Positions 11,547-22,391 of a stretch of 64,000 nucleotides of DNA are shown here, one piece after another. This DNA is from Bacteroidales bacterium (lineage in GTDB: Bacteria > Bacteroidota > Bacteroidia > Bacteroidales > UBA932). The stretch is taken from positions 8,613 to 72,612 of the forward strand of contig JAGBCS010000002.1 in the NCBI GenBank assembly GCA_017937885.1, written 5' to 3'. The position numbers were made by a program, and so were the translations under genes. Every line of letters begins with the position of its first letter. The first letter of the stretch is position 1. The notes under the pieces are model-generated. The model was not told where the DNA came from. It made no database searches and saw only the letters and a list, made by a program, of their open reading frames with translations.

Positions 11547-13277
11547 CTATAAGTTCAAGCAAATTCCGGCGGTAAAATACGCGCCTTTTTCAGCATAGAG
11601 CGGATTACGCTGAATGGTCATTCCAAGAAGGTTTCCGCCCCTCGCCCAGAATGAAAGCCTGCGGCTTGTAACAAACTCAGCAAACACTCCGAGATCAGCA
11701 TATCCGGGTATCATGGCGAATGCGCTCGAACGCGCAGAAGAGAAAGAGCAGTCAACCCCACCGTACAGACGGCGGTTCCAGTTGTACTCGAACGCAACAT
11801 CTCCGACAAGGGCGGCAGGCTTAAGCAGAGGACTGAGTTCGGAGAACGCGTCCCCCCAGGAAGAATTATACATGATTGTTCCGTCAACCATCACGGACTC
11901 ATCCTTCCAAAGCCAGTCAAACGATGCATACCATTTCGAATACGCTCCATATCCGACTCCCGCCTCGGTCACGACCGTGCTTGCATGTTGAAGAGGGACC
12001 TGATCAAGCATGGCATTCGCATAATTCACATATCCTCCACTGATCACATAGCTCAGCTTCGATCCGATCCTGCCGTCAAGACCGGCAGAAAGGCGGATGC
12101 GTTCGATATTGTAATCCAGCAGAGGCTCTGTCCCCATGCCCGAAGTCATGTTAAGATGATGGTTCCCTTCCAGAAGAGAAGCATAGGTATTGATCCTGTT
12201 GCCGCCGTCCGCCTTGACAAAGAGCCTCATGGCATTCTTCACGACATCATATTCGAGAGTGACATCCGGATAAATCACCTGCTCCGCATCGACCGCGCCA
12301 AACGCTCCATCCTCTTCATCTCCGTCAAAGATCTTGGCAAGCTTCACACCGAGGTCAGCCTTCAGACGTCCCTTTGCCCACAGATAATGCGGAGCCGCAA
12401 AAACCTGAAACGCACCGGCATTCAGAGCCTGCGAGTATGAGGCTCCGTCAAATCCCGCCTCAACCTTGATCCGGCCCCATTCCACAGAAGCAGCTGCCTC
12501 ATAGACATTTTCCTGAAGGTCAGGCTCATCGATCATCAGCCCGTCTGTCGAATCGTGCGCAAGGCGATATCTGGCACCGACGCTGTACTTCAGAGCGCCG
12601 CCATCTCTCTTTGACCCTACTGACACATAGGCATCCATGGCATTGTACATCCTGTTCCAGCTGCGGTCCTTGGAAGCCAGATTGTCATAAGAGATACCGA
12701 AATCAGCGGATCCATTCTCCCAGTCTCCCCTTCCGGCGACCCCGACGGTTGTCTCAAGATCATATCCGGACCACGTGCGTTCTGCCCCTTCATACGCCTG
12801 CATCCTGTCAAGGGTCGAAAAGCCGTCAAGCGTCTCTCCTCTCTCGATATTCCAATAGCTGCCGATGAATGACCTGTGCCTTGCAAACACATCACACCGG
12901 AAGTCATCCCCTTTAAAATCTGGCGAATACACCAGATCAAGCGTAGGATGGAGCTGATATCCGGCTCCGGCCCTAAGATAGAAGCTGCGCGTACCATCCG
13001 CCGAAGCTGCTGGCTTCATGGAAAGAAGATACGGATTGAACTCATATGACCCTTTGTACGGGCTCTCAAAGACGGAATAATCGAAATCAAGGTCAAACCT
13101 GGTGACAGTATCCGGCACTGCCATCTCCAGAGACGGCTTGTGCACCTCCATAAGTCTTCCTTCATATGCTCGGTCGACTATCACGGTCGGATCCAGATTC
13201 TGTGCAGTTGCCGCTACAGCCAGATGGATAAGAGCGGCAGAAACTATTGCTCTGTATATTTTGAATCTCATAGTCAT
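11547..13277 (-). CDS. Outer-membrane beta-barrel protein (TonB-receptor-like, uncharacterised)
   Basis: Signal peptide, aromatic-rich alternating strands and barrel-type C-terminus (FTAGICLNL). Directly follows the TPR gene. Confidence 0.65.
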   Translation of the reverse strand: MTMRFKIYRAIVSAALIHLAVAATAQNLDPTVIVDRAYEGRLMEVHKPSLEMAVPDTVTRFDLDFDYSVFESPYKGSYEFNPYLLSMKPAASADGTRSFYLRAGAGYQLHPTLDLVYSPDFKGDDFRCDVFARHRSFIGSYWNIERGETLDGFSTLDRMQAYEGAERTWSGYDLETTVGVAGRGDWENGSADFGISYDNLASKDRSWNRMYNAMDAYVSVGSKRDGGALKYSVGARYRLAHDSTDGLMIDEPDLQENVYEAAASVEWGRIKVEAGFDGASYSQALNAGAFQVFAAPHYLWAKGRLKADLGVKLAKIFDGDEEDGAFGAVDAEQVIYPDVTLEYDVVKNAMRLFVKADGGNRINTYASLLEGNHHLNMTSGMGTEPLLDYNIERIRLSAGLDGRIGSKLSYVISGGYVNYANAMLDQVPLQHASTVVTEAGVGYGAYSKWYASFDWLWKDESVMVDGTIMYNSSWGDAFSELSPLLKPAALVGDVAFEYNWNRRLYGGVDCSFSSARSSAFAMIPGYADLGVFAEFVTSRRLSFWARGGNLLGMTIQRNPLYAEKGAYFTAGICLNL

Positions 13278-13281
13278 TTCA

Positions 13282-16200
13282 TTAGTTCATAAGCAGCATC
13301 AGCTCTTCCAGCCTGATGAGCCTCGTCTTCACATTATCAAGTACGTCATCGCCCTGTCCCTGAGGTGTATAGACATCCCTCACACTTTCGAATGTAGCCT
13401 TTGCCTGGTCATATTCCTCCCTTTCCACGAAAGAGTCTCCTAGCACGATGAAGCTCTTCGCAAGCCAGTATGTCTGATCAGAGCCGGCATCAGAGAAGGC
13501 GTATACCTTAGTCTCTACCGCTTCGAATTCTCCTCTGTCGTACTTGTCCTGGATCAGCATATATGCAGCCTCCGCACCGAACTCTCCGGATACATCCTTC
13601 GAAAGCTTCTCAAGAATCAGGAACGCCTCATCACGACGGCTGGTAGCAAGATAAGACTTAGCCTTCACATACTCAGCCTCTTCCTTGAGCCATTTGTCTG
13701 ACCTGGTATCATGGATAAGATGGTCTGCCGCGCTTACGGCTTTTGCCCATTCATGTCCCTTGAATGCAGAACGCATCATGCCGGACATCGCAAGGAACCT
13801 GTTGTTCTCAAGCAGAGCATTGTCATAAAGCGAAGCATAGCTTCCGTATGCGTCATCCCAGCGTTCCAGGCGATATGAAAGATTGGCGAAATTCAACATA
13901 GAAAGTTCCACAAAGGACCCCTCACCGCCTTCGATCACCTTTCTGTAGCTGTCGCACGCCTTCTCGTACTGGCCGAGGCTTCGATACGACTCCGCAGTAT
14001 AGAAATCAGCCTTGTACGCATGTCGGCCGACCGGATATTTATCCAGATAAGACTTGAGCGACACAAGAGCCTTGTCATAATTCTCTGACAGGAATATCTG
14101 CTCAGCCGCATTGAAGATCATGTCTTCCTTCTCATCGGCAGTCTTCAATGCGCCTCTGCCTATACGGTCGATGTATGCGATATACTCTTCAGGCTCATTC
14201 CGGGTCTGGTAAATAGACTCGATGGCAGCAAGTGCATCTTCTGCATAACCGGAAAGAGGCATCTGCTCGACCACCTTCTTGTAATATGCGAGAGCGTCAT
14301 TGAACTGCGACTGGTTTCTCGCAAGAGATCCCATCTCGATATATGCCTTTGCGACGAAAGTGCTGTCCTTGACTGTCGAAGCCAGCTTGTTGAAGCACTT
14401 GAATGCGTCATCATCATTCTCCCTTACAGCATATGTACGGCCAAGCTCGAAAAGAGCCTCGGGATAGAACTTCGAAGACGGTGATGCCTTAAGTACATCC
14501 GACAAGAGTTCGATTTTCTTATCCACCTGATTGTCAAGTCCATATGAAAGAGCTGCCTGATAATAAGGATATATATCGTTCACATTTCCATAACTCTTGA
14601 GTACCTTGTCGTATGCGGCTGAAGCGGCCTTGTAATCAGCACTCATGAAGTGACAGTCCGCCTGACGCACCAGAGCATCCTTACGATACTTGACCGTACT
14701 CTCACCAAGATACTCCGAGAACCACTTCCTCGCTGCAGCATAGTCTCCCTTCTTGAAATGGCAGTATGCGATATTGTACGAGATCTGATACGACTCCGCG
14801 CGCCCATACAATGCGGAATTGTTGTACAGGTCAGTATACATGTCCAATGCTTCGTCGTACTGCTCGGTCCTGTAGTAAGACTCGGCCAGCCAGAACCTTG
14901 TCAGCTGGTTGAAGCGGCTTGACCTTTCCGAATAATAGGCCGCAACCTTGAGACATGGGATCGCCTTCCTGTATGACCCGTTTGTTATCAACTGATTGGC
15001 CCTGAGATAATTTGCCTTCATGTAGTTGTTCTTCATGTCGTCGTCCAGATCGTCGATCTGGTCATAGGCATTGACTGCGCCTTCATAATCGTGATTATGC
15101 AGAGCCGCCACGGCTATATAGCTGTTGATCCTGTCTCCCCTCTCCATATCCGAATATTTCTTCAGGTAGCTCTGGAATACAGACGGGTCGTTATTGAGGT
15201 CAAACGCAAGCTTCGCCCAGTTGAAATATGCATCTTCCGCAATCACCTTGTCGTATGAAAGCGCCGAAGCCTCCTTGAAGGCCGCCATAGCCGCCACCTT
15301 GTTCTTGGTCTGTATGTAGCTGTATCCCATCTGATAGCTGGCCACCTGACCTATAGAATCTCTTCTCTCGCCCATCTGTGAGAACTTCTCGATAGCCCCT
15401 TTGTAGTCATTGACGGCATAGAGGACCGACCCGCTATAAAAGAGATCAGACCTTGACTCCTTGCGTGATCCGTCATTGGCACCGAGATCATAGAACCTGC
15501 GGGCACTTTCCGCGTCTCCCAGCACCAGCCAGGACTCCGAAATGATCCTCGCCAGATGCGGCTTGCGTTCGTCAGACACGGCCTCATACATGGCATCACC
15601 GTATTCGGTAACGTACCTGTGGTCACCGAGCATGAAGCGGCTTTCCATGATATAGTAGCAGGACATCTGGGAAAAGCGGCCGTCCTTCCTTGACTTCTCG
15701 AACCAGTCTATTGCCTTTCTGAAGTCCTTGCGTACATAACTGATGTATCCGAGGGCATATCTCGACGGGGCAGCATAATCAGAATGAGGTATCTTCTCAA
15801 CCTTCATGAAATTAGCCTCTGCCGCCGCAAGATCCTTGACTTCAAGGTCGCAGTACGCTTTCTTGAACAGGTACTCGGTCTTCTGGCTCCTATAAAGCTG
15901 GTCAGGAGCAATCTGCGAAAGCACGCCCCCGGCAAGACTGTAGTTCTGACTGTCGAAACAATTCATGGCATGTTGCCACTTCATCTGAGGTACCAGTACT
16001 GACTGAGGGTTTCTCTCTATGAATTCCCACATTCGGTTTTCCGCTCCAGACACCTTTGCCTTCAGATCTCCGAGCACCGAAAATCCCTCCGGATCAGACG
16101 ACTGCACCTTGGAGGCGATACGTCCGAACTCGTGGCCGGAACGGCTGTACATGCCGCTCTCATGCAGCCTCAGCGCCTCTCTGAATTCTCTTCCTTCCTG

Positions 16201-16287
16201 CTCCGGGAGCAGCTCCTGCGCGTCAAGCGCAAGTCCCTGCCCGAGCATCAGAAGCGCAGCCAGCGCAGTCATATATAAAGCTCTCAT
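13282..16287 (-). CDS. Large periplasmic tetratricopeptide-repeat protein
   Basis: Signal peptide and many TPR units (YALGY, YQMGYSY, FWLAESYY, ALFELGRTY). Confidence 0.88.
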   Translation of the reverse strand: MRALYMTALAALLMLGQGLALDAQELLPEQEGREFREALRLHESGMYSRSGHEFGRIASKVQSSDPEGFSVLGDLKAKVSGAENRMWEFIERNPQSVLVPQMKWQHAMNCFDSQNYSLAGGVLSQIAPDQLYRSQKTEYLFKKAYCDLEVKDLAAAEANFMKVEKIPHSDYAAPSRYALGYISYVRKDFRKAIDWFEKSRKDGRFSQMSCYYIMESRFMLGDHRYVTEYGDAMYEAVSDERKPHLARIISESWLVLGDAESARRFYDLGANDGSRKESRSDLFYSGSVLYAVNDYKGAIEKFSQMGERRDSIGQVASYQMGYSYIQTKNKVAAMAAFKEASALSYDKVIAEDAYFNWAKLAFDLNNDPSVFQSYLKKYSDMERGDRINSYIAVAALHNHDYEGAVNAYDQIDDLDDDMKNNYMKANYLRANQLITNGSYRKAIPCLKVAAYYSERSSRFNQLTRFWLAESYYRTEQYDEALDMYTDLYNNSALYGRAESYQISYNIAYCHFKKGDYAAARKWFSEYLGESTVKYRKDALVRQADCHFMSADYKAASAAYDKVLKSYGNVNDIYPYYQAALSYGLDNQVDKKIELLSDVLKASPSSKFYPEALFELGRTYAVRENDDDAFKCFNKLASTVKDSTFVAKAYIEMGSLARNQSQFNDALAYYKKVVEQMPLSGYAEDALAAIESIYQTRNEPEEYIAYIDRIGRGALKTADEKEDMIFNAAEQIFLSENYDKALVSLKSYLDKYPVGRHAYKADFYTAESYRSLGQYEKACDSYRKVIEGGEGSFVELSMLNFANLSYRLERWDDAYGSYASLYDNALLENNRFLAMSGMMRSAFKGHEWAKAVSAADHLIHDTRSDKWLKEEAEYVKAKSYLATSRRDEAFLILEKLSKDVSGEFGAEAAYMLIQDKYDRGEFEAVETKVYAFSDAGSDQTYWLAKSFIVLGDSFVEREEYDQAKATFESVRDVYTPQGQGDDVLDNVKTRLIRLEELMLLMN

Positions 16288-16373
16288 ATCCTATAAATTC
16301 CTTTTGTCGCAAATAAATTACAAATTTAACCTTTTTTCCACTATATTTGTATGTTTATAACTGATTTTTTGAC

Positions 16374-17087
16374 ATGGAAGACAAGACTCCTATCATTTCA
16401 TTCAAGGGTGCCGACATCATGAACGGCGAAGCAAAGGTCATCTATGACCTCGACATGGACATCTATCCTGGTGACTTCGTCTATATAGTGGGAAAGGTCG
16501 GTACAGGAAAGACATCCATCATCAGGACGATCATTGCCGAGAACGAACTGACCAAGGGAGAGGGACATGCATGCGGATACGACCTGAGAAAGATCCGCGA
16601 GAAGGACATCCCTTACCTCCGCAGGAAGATGGGAGTGGTGTTCCAGGATTTCCAGCTGCTCATGGACAGAACAGTCGAGGAGAACCTTCTGTTCGTGCTT
16701 CGTGCGACAGGATGGAACAGCGAAGAAAAGATGCAGAAGAGGATTGCAGAAGTGCTCGAAGCCGTAGGAATGGAGCGCAAGGCACACAAGATGCCGCATC
16801 AGCTTTCCGGCGGAGAGCAGCAGCGTATAGCCATCGCCAGATCTCTTCTCAACGACCCTCAGGTAATCATAGCTGACGAGCCGACAGGAAATCTCGACAA
16901 CGAGACCGCCGACGGTATCATGAAGCTTCTGACAGGCATCAACCGAGAGAAAGGCACAGCAATCGTGATGGTGACCCACAACAGGCAGATTTTCGAAAAG
17001 TATCAGGGCCGCGTCATGGTCTGCAAGGAGGAGACATGCTGCGAACAGCTTGAAGACGATATCATTGACCTCGAACTGACGATCTGA
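16374..17087 (+). CDS. ftsE: FtsE-like ABC ATP-binding protein
   Basis: GKVGTGKT, IPYLRRKMGVVFQDFQLL, LSGGEQQR and ADEPTGNLD motifs. Confidence 0.8.
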   Translation: MEDKTPIISFKGADIMNGEAKVIYDLDMDIYPGDFVYIVGKVGTGKTSIIRTIIAENELTKGEGHACGYDLRKIREKDIPYLRRKMGVVFQDFQLLMDRTVEENLLFVLRATGWNSEEKMQKRIAEVLEAVGMERKAHKMPHQLSGGEQQRIAIARSLLNDPQVIIADEPTGNLDNETADGIMKLLTGINREKGTAIVMVTHNRQIFEKYQGRVMVCKEETCCEQLEDDIIDLELTI

Positions 17088-17731
17088 TGGACACTTCCGA
17101 AAGATTCCACCATATTACCCGATGGTTCTCTGAGAACATGGAGGCTCCGCAGACAGAGCTGCATTATGACACTCCGTTCCATCTTCTGATTGCAGTGATC
17201 CTGTCAGCCCAATGCACAGACAAGAGAGTCAACATGCATACTCCACTGATCTTCAAGAGATTTCCCATGCCTCAGGATCTGGCAGAAGCCTCATTCGAGG
17301 AAGTATACGAACTGATAAAATCCATTTCATTCCCCAACAACAAGGCCCGTCATCTGATCGGAATGGCAGTCAGACTGGTCAATGACTTCGGCGGTATCGT
17401 CCCGTCCGAGCCTGATCTTCTGGAGACGCTCCCGGGAGTCGGCAGAAAGACGGCAAACGTCATAGCTTCAGTGATATACGACAAGCCTGTCATTGCTGTA
17501 GACACTCATGTATTCCGAGTATCTCGCAGACTCGGACTCTCAGACGGGAAGACAGTCGAGGCTGTCGAGCGTGACCTCACATCCGGCTTCGCCCCCGAAC
17601 TTCGTCCTCGAGCCCACCACTGGCTCATTCTCCACGGAAGATACATATGTACAGCCAGAAAGCCGAAATGCAGGGAATGCGGGCTCCAGGACTGGTGCAG
17701 GGAATTCATCTCATCCAATATCACGCTCTGA
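17087..17731 (+). CDS. nth: Endonuclease III
   Basis: LSAQCTDKRVN, HhH LPGVGRKTA, AVDTHV and C-terminal 4Fe-4S cysteine cluster. Confidence 0.96.
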   Translation: MDTSERFHHITRWFSENMEAPQTELHYDTPFHLLIAVILSAQCTDKRVNMHTPLIFKRFPMPQDLAEASFEEVYELIKSISFPNNKARHLIGMAVRLVNDFGGIVPSEPDLLETLPGVGRKTANVIASVIYDKPVIAVDTHVFRVSRRLGLSDGKTVEAVERDLTSGFAPELRPRAHHWLILHGRYICTARKPKCRECGLQDWCREFISSNITL

Positions 17732-19368
17732 TGGACGGAAAGCCTTTCACAAACCCTTTCCGTTATGTTCCTCATCCATTGGTGAGGAAGGCGGCGCGCG
17801 AAGTCATCGGGCGTATTGAAGCATCACCCGAACTTGCGGAAGCTTTTTCAGAAGGAAAGATGCTAGGAGTCCTGATATGCGAGTCCGGATCGGCAGACTG
17901 CGACTCAGAACCGGTCTTCCTCGCCGCCTTCTCCGGAAATGTCAGAGGGCGGAGCCACATTGAGGGGTTCGTACCTCCGATCTTCGACCTTCTCGATCCG
18001 GACGGCCATTTCAAGATCAAGGAGGCCGAAATATCCGCTATTAACACCAGGATCAGAGAATTGGAGAGGTCCGGTGAATACGAAGCATTGAAGCAGAGGC
18101 TCTATGCAGCTCAAAGAGCCATGAAAGAAGAAACCGAAGCCATGCGTACGGCCATGGCAGCCGGAAAGCAAGAACGTGACGAGATCAGAAGAAATACGGC
18201 AGATGCATCTAGGCTTGCGGATCTGATCAAGGCAAGCCAGCATGAAAAGGCGGAATTCAGAAGACTGAAGGCTGCATGGGAAGAGAAGATCGGCAGAATC
18301 AGGAGAGACTTGGAAAAGATGACAGCCGAAGCAGACTCTCTCAGGAAGCTTCGTGCAGAAAAGTCGGACATCCTTCAGAAATGGATCTTCGGTCAATATG
18401 TCGTATCCGATGCTGCAGGAGCCAGAAAATCAATATGGGACATATTCGCAGAAAAAGGTATGACTCCGCCGGGAGGCACCGGCGAGTGCGCCGCTCCCAA
18501 ACTGCTGAACCATGCCTACAAGCACGGTCTCAAGCCCGTCGCCATGGGAGAATTCTGGTACGGCAAATCCCCCGATACAGCCGTCAGGACTCATGGACAT
18601 TTCTATCCGTCATGTACCAGCAAATGCGGTCCCCTGCTCTCCTTCATGATGCAAGGGCTCAACGTGGCGGGAACTCTGGGCAACAAGACACACGACATTG
18701 ATGTGATTTACGATGACGACCATCTTATCGTTGCAGACAAACCGTACGGAATTCCCTCAGTACCAGGTCTTGACGGGCAGACATCAGTTCAGGAATGGCT
18801 GTCGGAAAGATATGGACGCTGCATCTCTGTCCACCGTCTGGACATGGACACGTCAGGAGTGCTGGTGTTCGCCAAGAGTGACGAAGCAGCCATTGCCCTG
18901 CAGAGGCAGTTCGAAGAACATTCCGTATCCAAGACATATATCGCCAGACTGGCACCTGCGCCGGAAGGGAGGCCATTGAATGCCGGCGAAAAAGGTATGA
19001 TAGAGCTTCCGTTATGCCCCGACTATGATGAAAGGCCACGTCAGAAGGCTGACAAGATCCAGGGGAAGAGCGCCTTGACAGAATACGAAGTGACTGCATC
19101 AAATGATGACGGGACAACCGACATCATACTTCATCCTGTAACAGGACGCACACATCAGCTTCGCGTGCACTGCGCACACATCCTCGGCCTCGGAAGGCCT
19201 ATTCTCGGAGACCTCCTCTACGGAGGATTTGCTCCGGCCTCGGCCAGTTCACCGTTCCCTGATCCGACCCGGCTGCACCTCCACGCGCAAAGCATCAGCT
19301 TCAAGCATCCGGTCACTGGCCGTCTCATTACAATCACCTCAAACAGCTGCGCAATGAAGCGGTGGTAA
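17731..19368 (+). CDS. RluA-family pseudouridine synthase with long Bacteroidota N-terminal domain
   Basis: HRLDMDTSG, TGRTHQLRVH, PILGD and GECAAPKLL motifs. ATG at 17731 overlaps the nth stop. Confidence 0.9.
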   Translation: MDGKPFTNPFRYVPHPLVRKAAREVIGRIEASPELAEAFSEGKMLGVLICESGSADCDSEPVFLAAFSGNVRGRSHIEGFVPPIFDLLDPDGHFKIKEAEISAINTRIRELERSGEYEALKQRLYAAQRAMKEETEAMRTAMAAGKQERDEIRRNTADASRLADLIKASQHEKAEFRRLKAAWEEKIGRIRRDLEKMTAEADSLRKLRAEKSDILQKWIFGQYVVSDAAGARKSIWDIFAEKGMTPPGGTGECAAPKLLNHAYKHGLKPVAMGEFWYGKSPDTAVRTHGHFYPSCTSKCGPLLSFMMQGLNVAGTLGNKTHDIDVIYDDDHLIVADKPYGIPSVPGLDGQTSVQEWLSERYGRCISVHRLDMDTSGVLVFAKSDEAAIALQRQFEEHSVSKTYIARLAPAPEGRPLNAGEKGMIELPLCPDYDERPRQKADKIQGKSALTEYEVTASNDDGTTDIILHPVTGRTHQLRVHCAHILGLGRPILGDLLYGGFAPASASSPFPDPTRLHLHAQSISFKHPVTGRLITITSNSCAMKRW

Positions 19369-19409
19369 AAAAAAGAAATCGACCAAAATATATTTCAGTC
19401 GATTTCCTT
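19367..19409. terminator. Terminator between convergent rluA-like and L31 genes
   Basis: gaaatcgac...gtcgatttc stem flanked by an A-run (U-tract on the minus strand). Confidence 0.6.
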
Positions 19410-19430
19410 GTACCGTATGTCTTGGAAGAA

Positions 19431-19679
19431 TTACTTCTTCTTTGCGTATCTCTGGTAGAACTTATCAACGCGACCTGCAGTGTCGACGAGCTTCATCTTA
19501 CCTGTGTAGAATGGGTGAGATGTGTTAGAGATCTCGAGCTTAACAACCGGATACTCGACGCCCTCGATTTCGATGGTCTCCTTTGTGTTCGCGCATGAGC
19601 GAGTGATGAACACAACGTCGTTTGACATATCCTTGAAAGCTACAAGACGGTAGGTTTCGGGATGTATTCCTGTTTTCAT
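19431..19679 (-). CDS. rpmE: 50S ribosomal protein L31, type B
   Basis: MKTGIHPETYR...SHPFYTGK...GRVDKF. Lacks the zinc-binding cysteine pairs. Confidence 0.95.
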   Translation of the reverse strand: MKTGIHPETYRLVAFKDMSNDVVFITRSCANTKETIEIEGVEYPVVKLEISNTSHPFYTGKMKLVDTAGRVDKFYQRYAKKK

Positions 19680-19762
19680 AATGCTTAAAAAATTTAGTTA
19701 ACTAATTTTGCGCGGCAAATGTACGGTCTTTTTTCCACAAATACAACACTTCCGCTCAAAAA

Positions 19763-20830
19763 CTATTTGATTCTGTACGGCTGGTCATCGTACAGAGAAA
19801 ACTTCTTCGCCTTGCGTATCCATTTCTGCTCCTCCACCTTCACATGCTCCCTCATATCTTCCGAGGAGACTGTCCCATTTATATAGTCGAGAAGCACCTG
19901 ATCCGAAAGTTTAGCTTCGAAGCCCTCCTCCAATCTGAACTCCGGATACCTTTCCATGAAGTACCTCATCATCTGCAATGTATGGATCAGCGAATGATAC
20001 TCCACCCCCGGCTCAAGCATGATCTGATAACCGAAACACTTCTTTCCTTCATATCTTCCGCACGAAGGAGTGAAGGAACAAGGCCTGAGCATCACGCCTT
20101 CCGCCACCGGCACAGGCTCATTGGAAGCCGTCTTCACGAATGGCGCACCGATATATTCATACGGCCTTGCCGTTCCGATGCCAGGGGTCACGTTCGTATT
20201 GTTCCATAAGCCTCCCCCGCTGTACATGTCGCATGTAAAAAGTCCCGGTACATCCGATGCTGGAGCGATCGTCCATGGCATCAGCTGCTTGTTGGAATCT
20301 GTAGCCAAGGCAGATATCACGTGAAGGGCGAACTTCGCTCCGATCTCATGATAGTAAAGATTTACCAGCTCGCCTAAGGTAAGTCCGTGTCTATGAGCCA
20401 CCTTAGGGACGAACTTCTCCTGCAGCGATGATGGCATGGTTCCCTCTACCACACGTCCGGCAGGGTTGATGTGATCGACGACATAAAGCGACGGCGCCTC
20501 GTCCTTGAGAGACTTAAGCGCATCCATAAGATGGAAGACATCCTTGGTATAATTGAAATACCTTGAACCGACATCCTGAATCTCCACCACCACTGCATTC
20601 AGTTCCTTGAGGTCATCTTCGGAAAACTCAATATGGTTGGTCAGAGGGGTGAGCTCGGTATCACGCGGAGAAAAGATAACCTGAAGGTTCCCCCTCTCAC
20701 GGAAGATGTCATACATATAGCGTCCCTTGTCCGTATCCCAACAGTTCTGGGTACAGAAACAGCCGACACGGCCCTCAAGAAGGGCCTTGTCAAGCTGGTC
20801 TTCAAGCGATGTTGTCCTGAATGAAAACAC
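19763..20830 (-). CDS. DUF1343/NamZ-like protein with divergent active-site motifs
   Basis: EIQDVGSRYF, DHINP, RHGLTLGEL and GT..PYEYIGAP motifs. No signal peptide. Confidence 0.7.
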   Translation of the reverse strand: MFSFRTTSLEDQLDKALLEGRVGCFCTQNCWDTDKGRYMYDIFRERGNLQVIFSPRDTELTPLTNHIEFSEDDLKELNAVVVEIQDVGSRYFNYTKDVFHLMDALKSLKDEAPSLYVVDHINPAGRVVEGTMPSSLQEKFVPKVAHRHGLTLGELVNLYYHEIGAKFALHVISALATDSNKQLMPWTIAPASDVPGLFTCDMYSGGGLWNNTNVTPGIGTARPYEYIGAPFVKTASNEPVPVAEGVMLRPCSFTPSCGRYEGKKCFGYQIMLEPGVEYHSLIHTLQMMRYFMERYPEFRLEEGFEAKLSDQVLLDYINGTVSSEDMREHVKVEEQKWIRKAKKFSLYDDQPYRIK

Positions 20831-22281
20831 TATCCTATGATTTTGTTTGCGATGTCGATAATCTGCTGCGCAAGGGCGTCAGCAGCCTCCTTAGTCGCAG
20901 CCTCAGCGTAGATACGGATGATAGGCTCGGTGTTAGAACGTCGCAGGTGTACCCATTCCTTGCGTGCCTCGAACGATATCTTCACTCCATCTATGGTGTT
21001 GATATCTTCCGCTGCATAAACGACCTTGATCTCATCAAGGATCCTGTCAATGAGGGCCTTGTCAGAAAGTTCGATCTTGTTCTTTGCGATCACGTACTGA
21101 GGGTATGTAGCAAGAAGCTCCGAAACCTTCATCTTCTTACGGGCAAGATTTGTAAGGAAAAGGGCAACTCCGACCATAGCATCACGACCGTAATGAAGTG
21201 CAGGATAGATGACGCCTCCGTTTCCTTCTCCGCCTATGAGCGCACAGCACTCCTTCATCTTGGTTGTGACATTTACTTCGCCGACAGCAGCAGCAAAGTA
21301 CTCTCCGCCGTACTGTTCCGTAACATCACGCAATGCTCTTGAAGACGAGAGGTTCGAAGATGTCGTCATCGCATACGGCGCAGCAATCTCCTCCATAGAC
21401 TTGCCTGTATTCAGGGCCTCGTCGTACACCCTTGAAAGAAGATAATCAGCCACACTTACAAGAGTATACTCCTCGCCAAAAGGCTTTCCGTCCTCACAGA
21501 TGAGCGCAAGACGGTCGACGTCCGGATCCACTGAAATACCGAGATCCGCACCGTTCGTCTTCACGGCCTCGCAAAGTTCCACGAGATTTGCCGGGAGCGG
21601 CTCCGGATTATGCGCGAACTCGCCTGTAGGCTCGCAGTTCACGCACACGCACTCGACTCCCATACGCTCAAGGAGTCGCGGCATGATGATGCCACCGACA
21701 GAATTGACAGCATCAAGAGCGACCTTGAAATGTGCATTGCGGACGGCCTCTACATCTACCGTATCCAGCGCAAGTACGGCATCAAGGTGGGCATCAGTGA
21801 AATCCTTCTCTTCAATATCTCCGAGGGAATCTACGTCAGCAAAAACAAAATCCTCCTTCTCTGCACACTCGAGGATTGCAGCACCCTCCTCAGCGTTTAG
21901 GAACTCTCCCCTCTCGTTGAGGAGTTTCAGAGCATTCCACTGCTTCGGATTATGGGACGCAGTCAGGATGATGCCTCCGTCGGCTTCCTCGAACACAACG
22001 GCCATCTCTGTCGTCGGGGTCGAAGCGAAACCGGCTTTCACGACGTCGACACCGCAGGACACCAGAGTTCCGCATACAAGCTGCTCGACCATATCACCGG
22101 ACAGACGCGCATCCTTGCCGACGACAACCTTGTATCTTTCTCCATCGGCCTTCGGACGACGTTCCTTCATCTTCTCGCAATATGCATATGTGAACTTCAC
22201 GATATCAAGCGGTGTAAGGGCTTCGCCTGGATTGCCTCCGATGGTACCGCGTATTCCGGAAATGGATTTGATAAGTGTCAT
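20830..22281 (-). CDS. glmM: Phosphoglucosamine mutase (phosphohexomutase)
   Basis: SISGIRG, TASHNP, DPDVDR, GGEGNGG and RRSNTEP motifs. Confidence 0.88.
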   Translation of the reverse strand: MTLIKSISGIRGTIGGNPGEALTPLDIVKFTYAYCEKMKERRPKADGERYKVVVGKDARLSGDMVEQLVCGTLVSCGVDVVKAGFASTPTTEMAVVFEEADGGIILTASHNPKQWNALKLLNERGEFLNAEEGAAILECAEKEDFVFADVDSLGDIEEKDFTDAHLDAVLALDTVDVEAVRNAHFKVALDAVNSVGGIIMPRLLERMGVECVCVNCEPTGEFAHNPEPLPANLVELCEAVKTNGADLGISVDPDVDRLALICEDGKPFGEEYTLVSVADYLLSRVYDEALNTGKSMEEIAAPYAMTTSSNLSSSRALRDVTEQYGGEYFAAAVGEVNVTTKMKECCALIGGEGNGGVIYPALHYGRDAMVGVALFLTNLARKKMKVSELLATYPQYVIAKNKIELSDKALIDRILDEIKVVYAAEDINTIDGVKISFEARKEWVHLRRSNTEPIIRIYAEAATKEAADALAQQIIDIANKIIG

Positions 22282-22391
22282 GATATATTGTTTTAGTTTA
22301 TTTTATCTCAAGTAAATCATGCAAAATTAAAGTTTTATGACTGCAATTACAAATTTAATATTACTTTTGCACCCCGAAAAAACAATGAATC

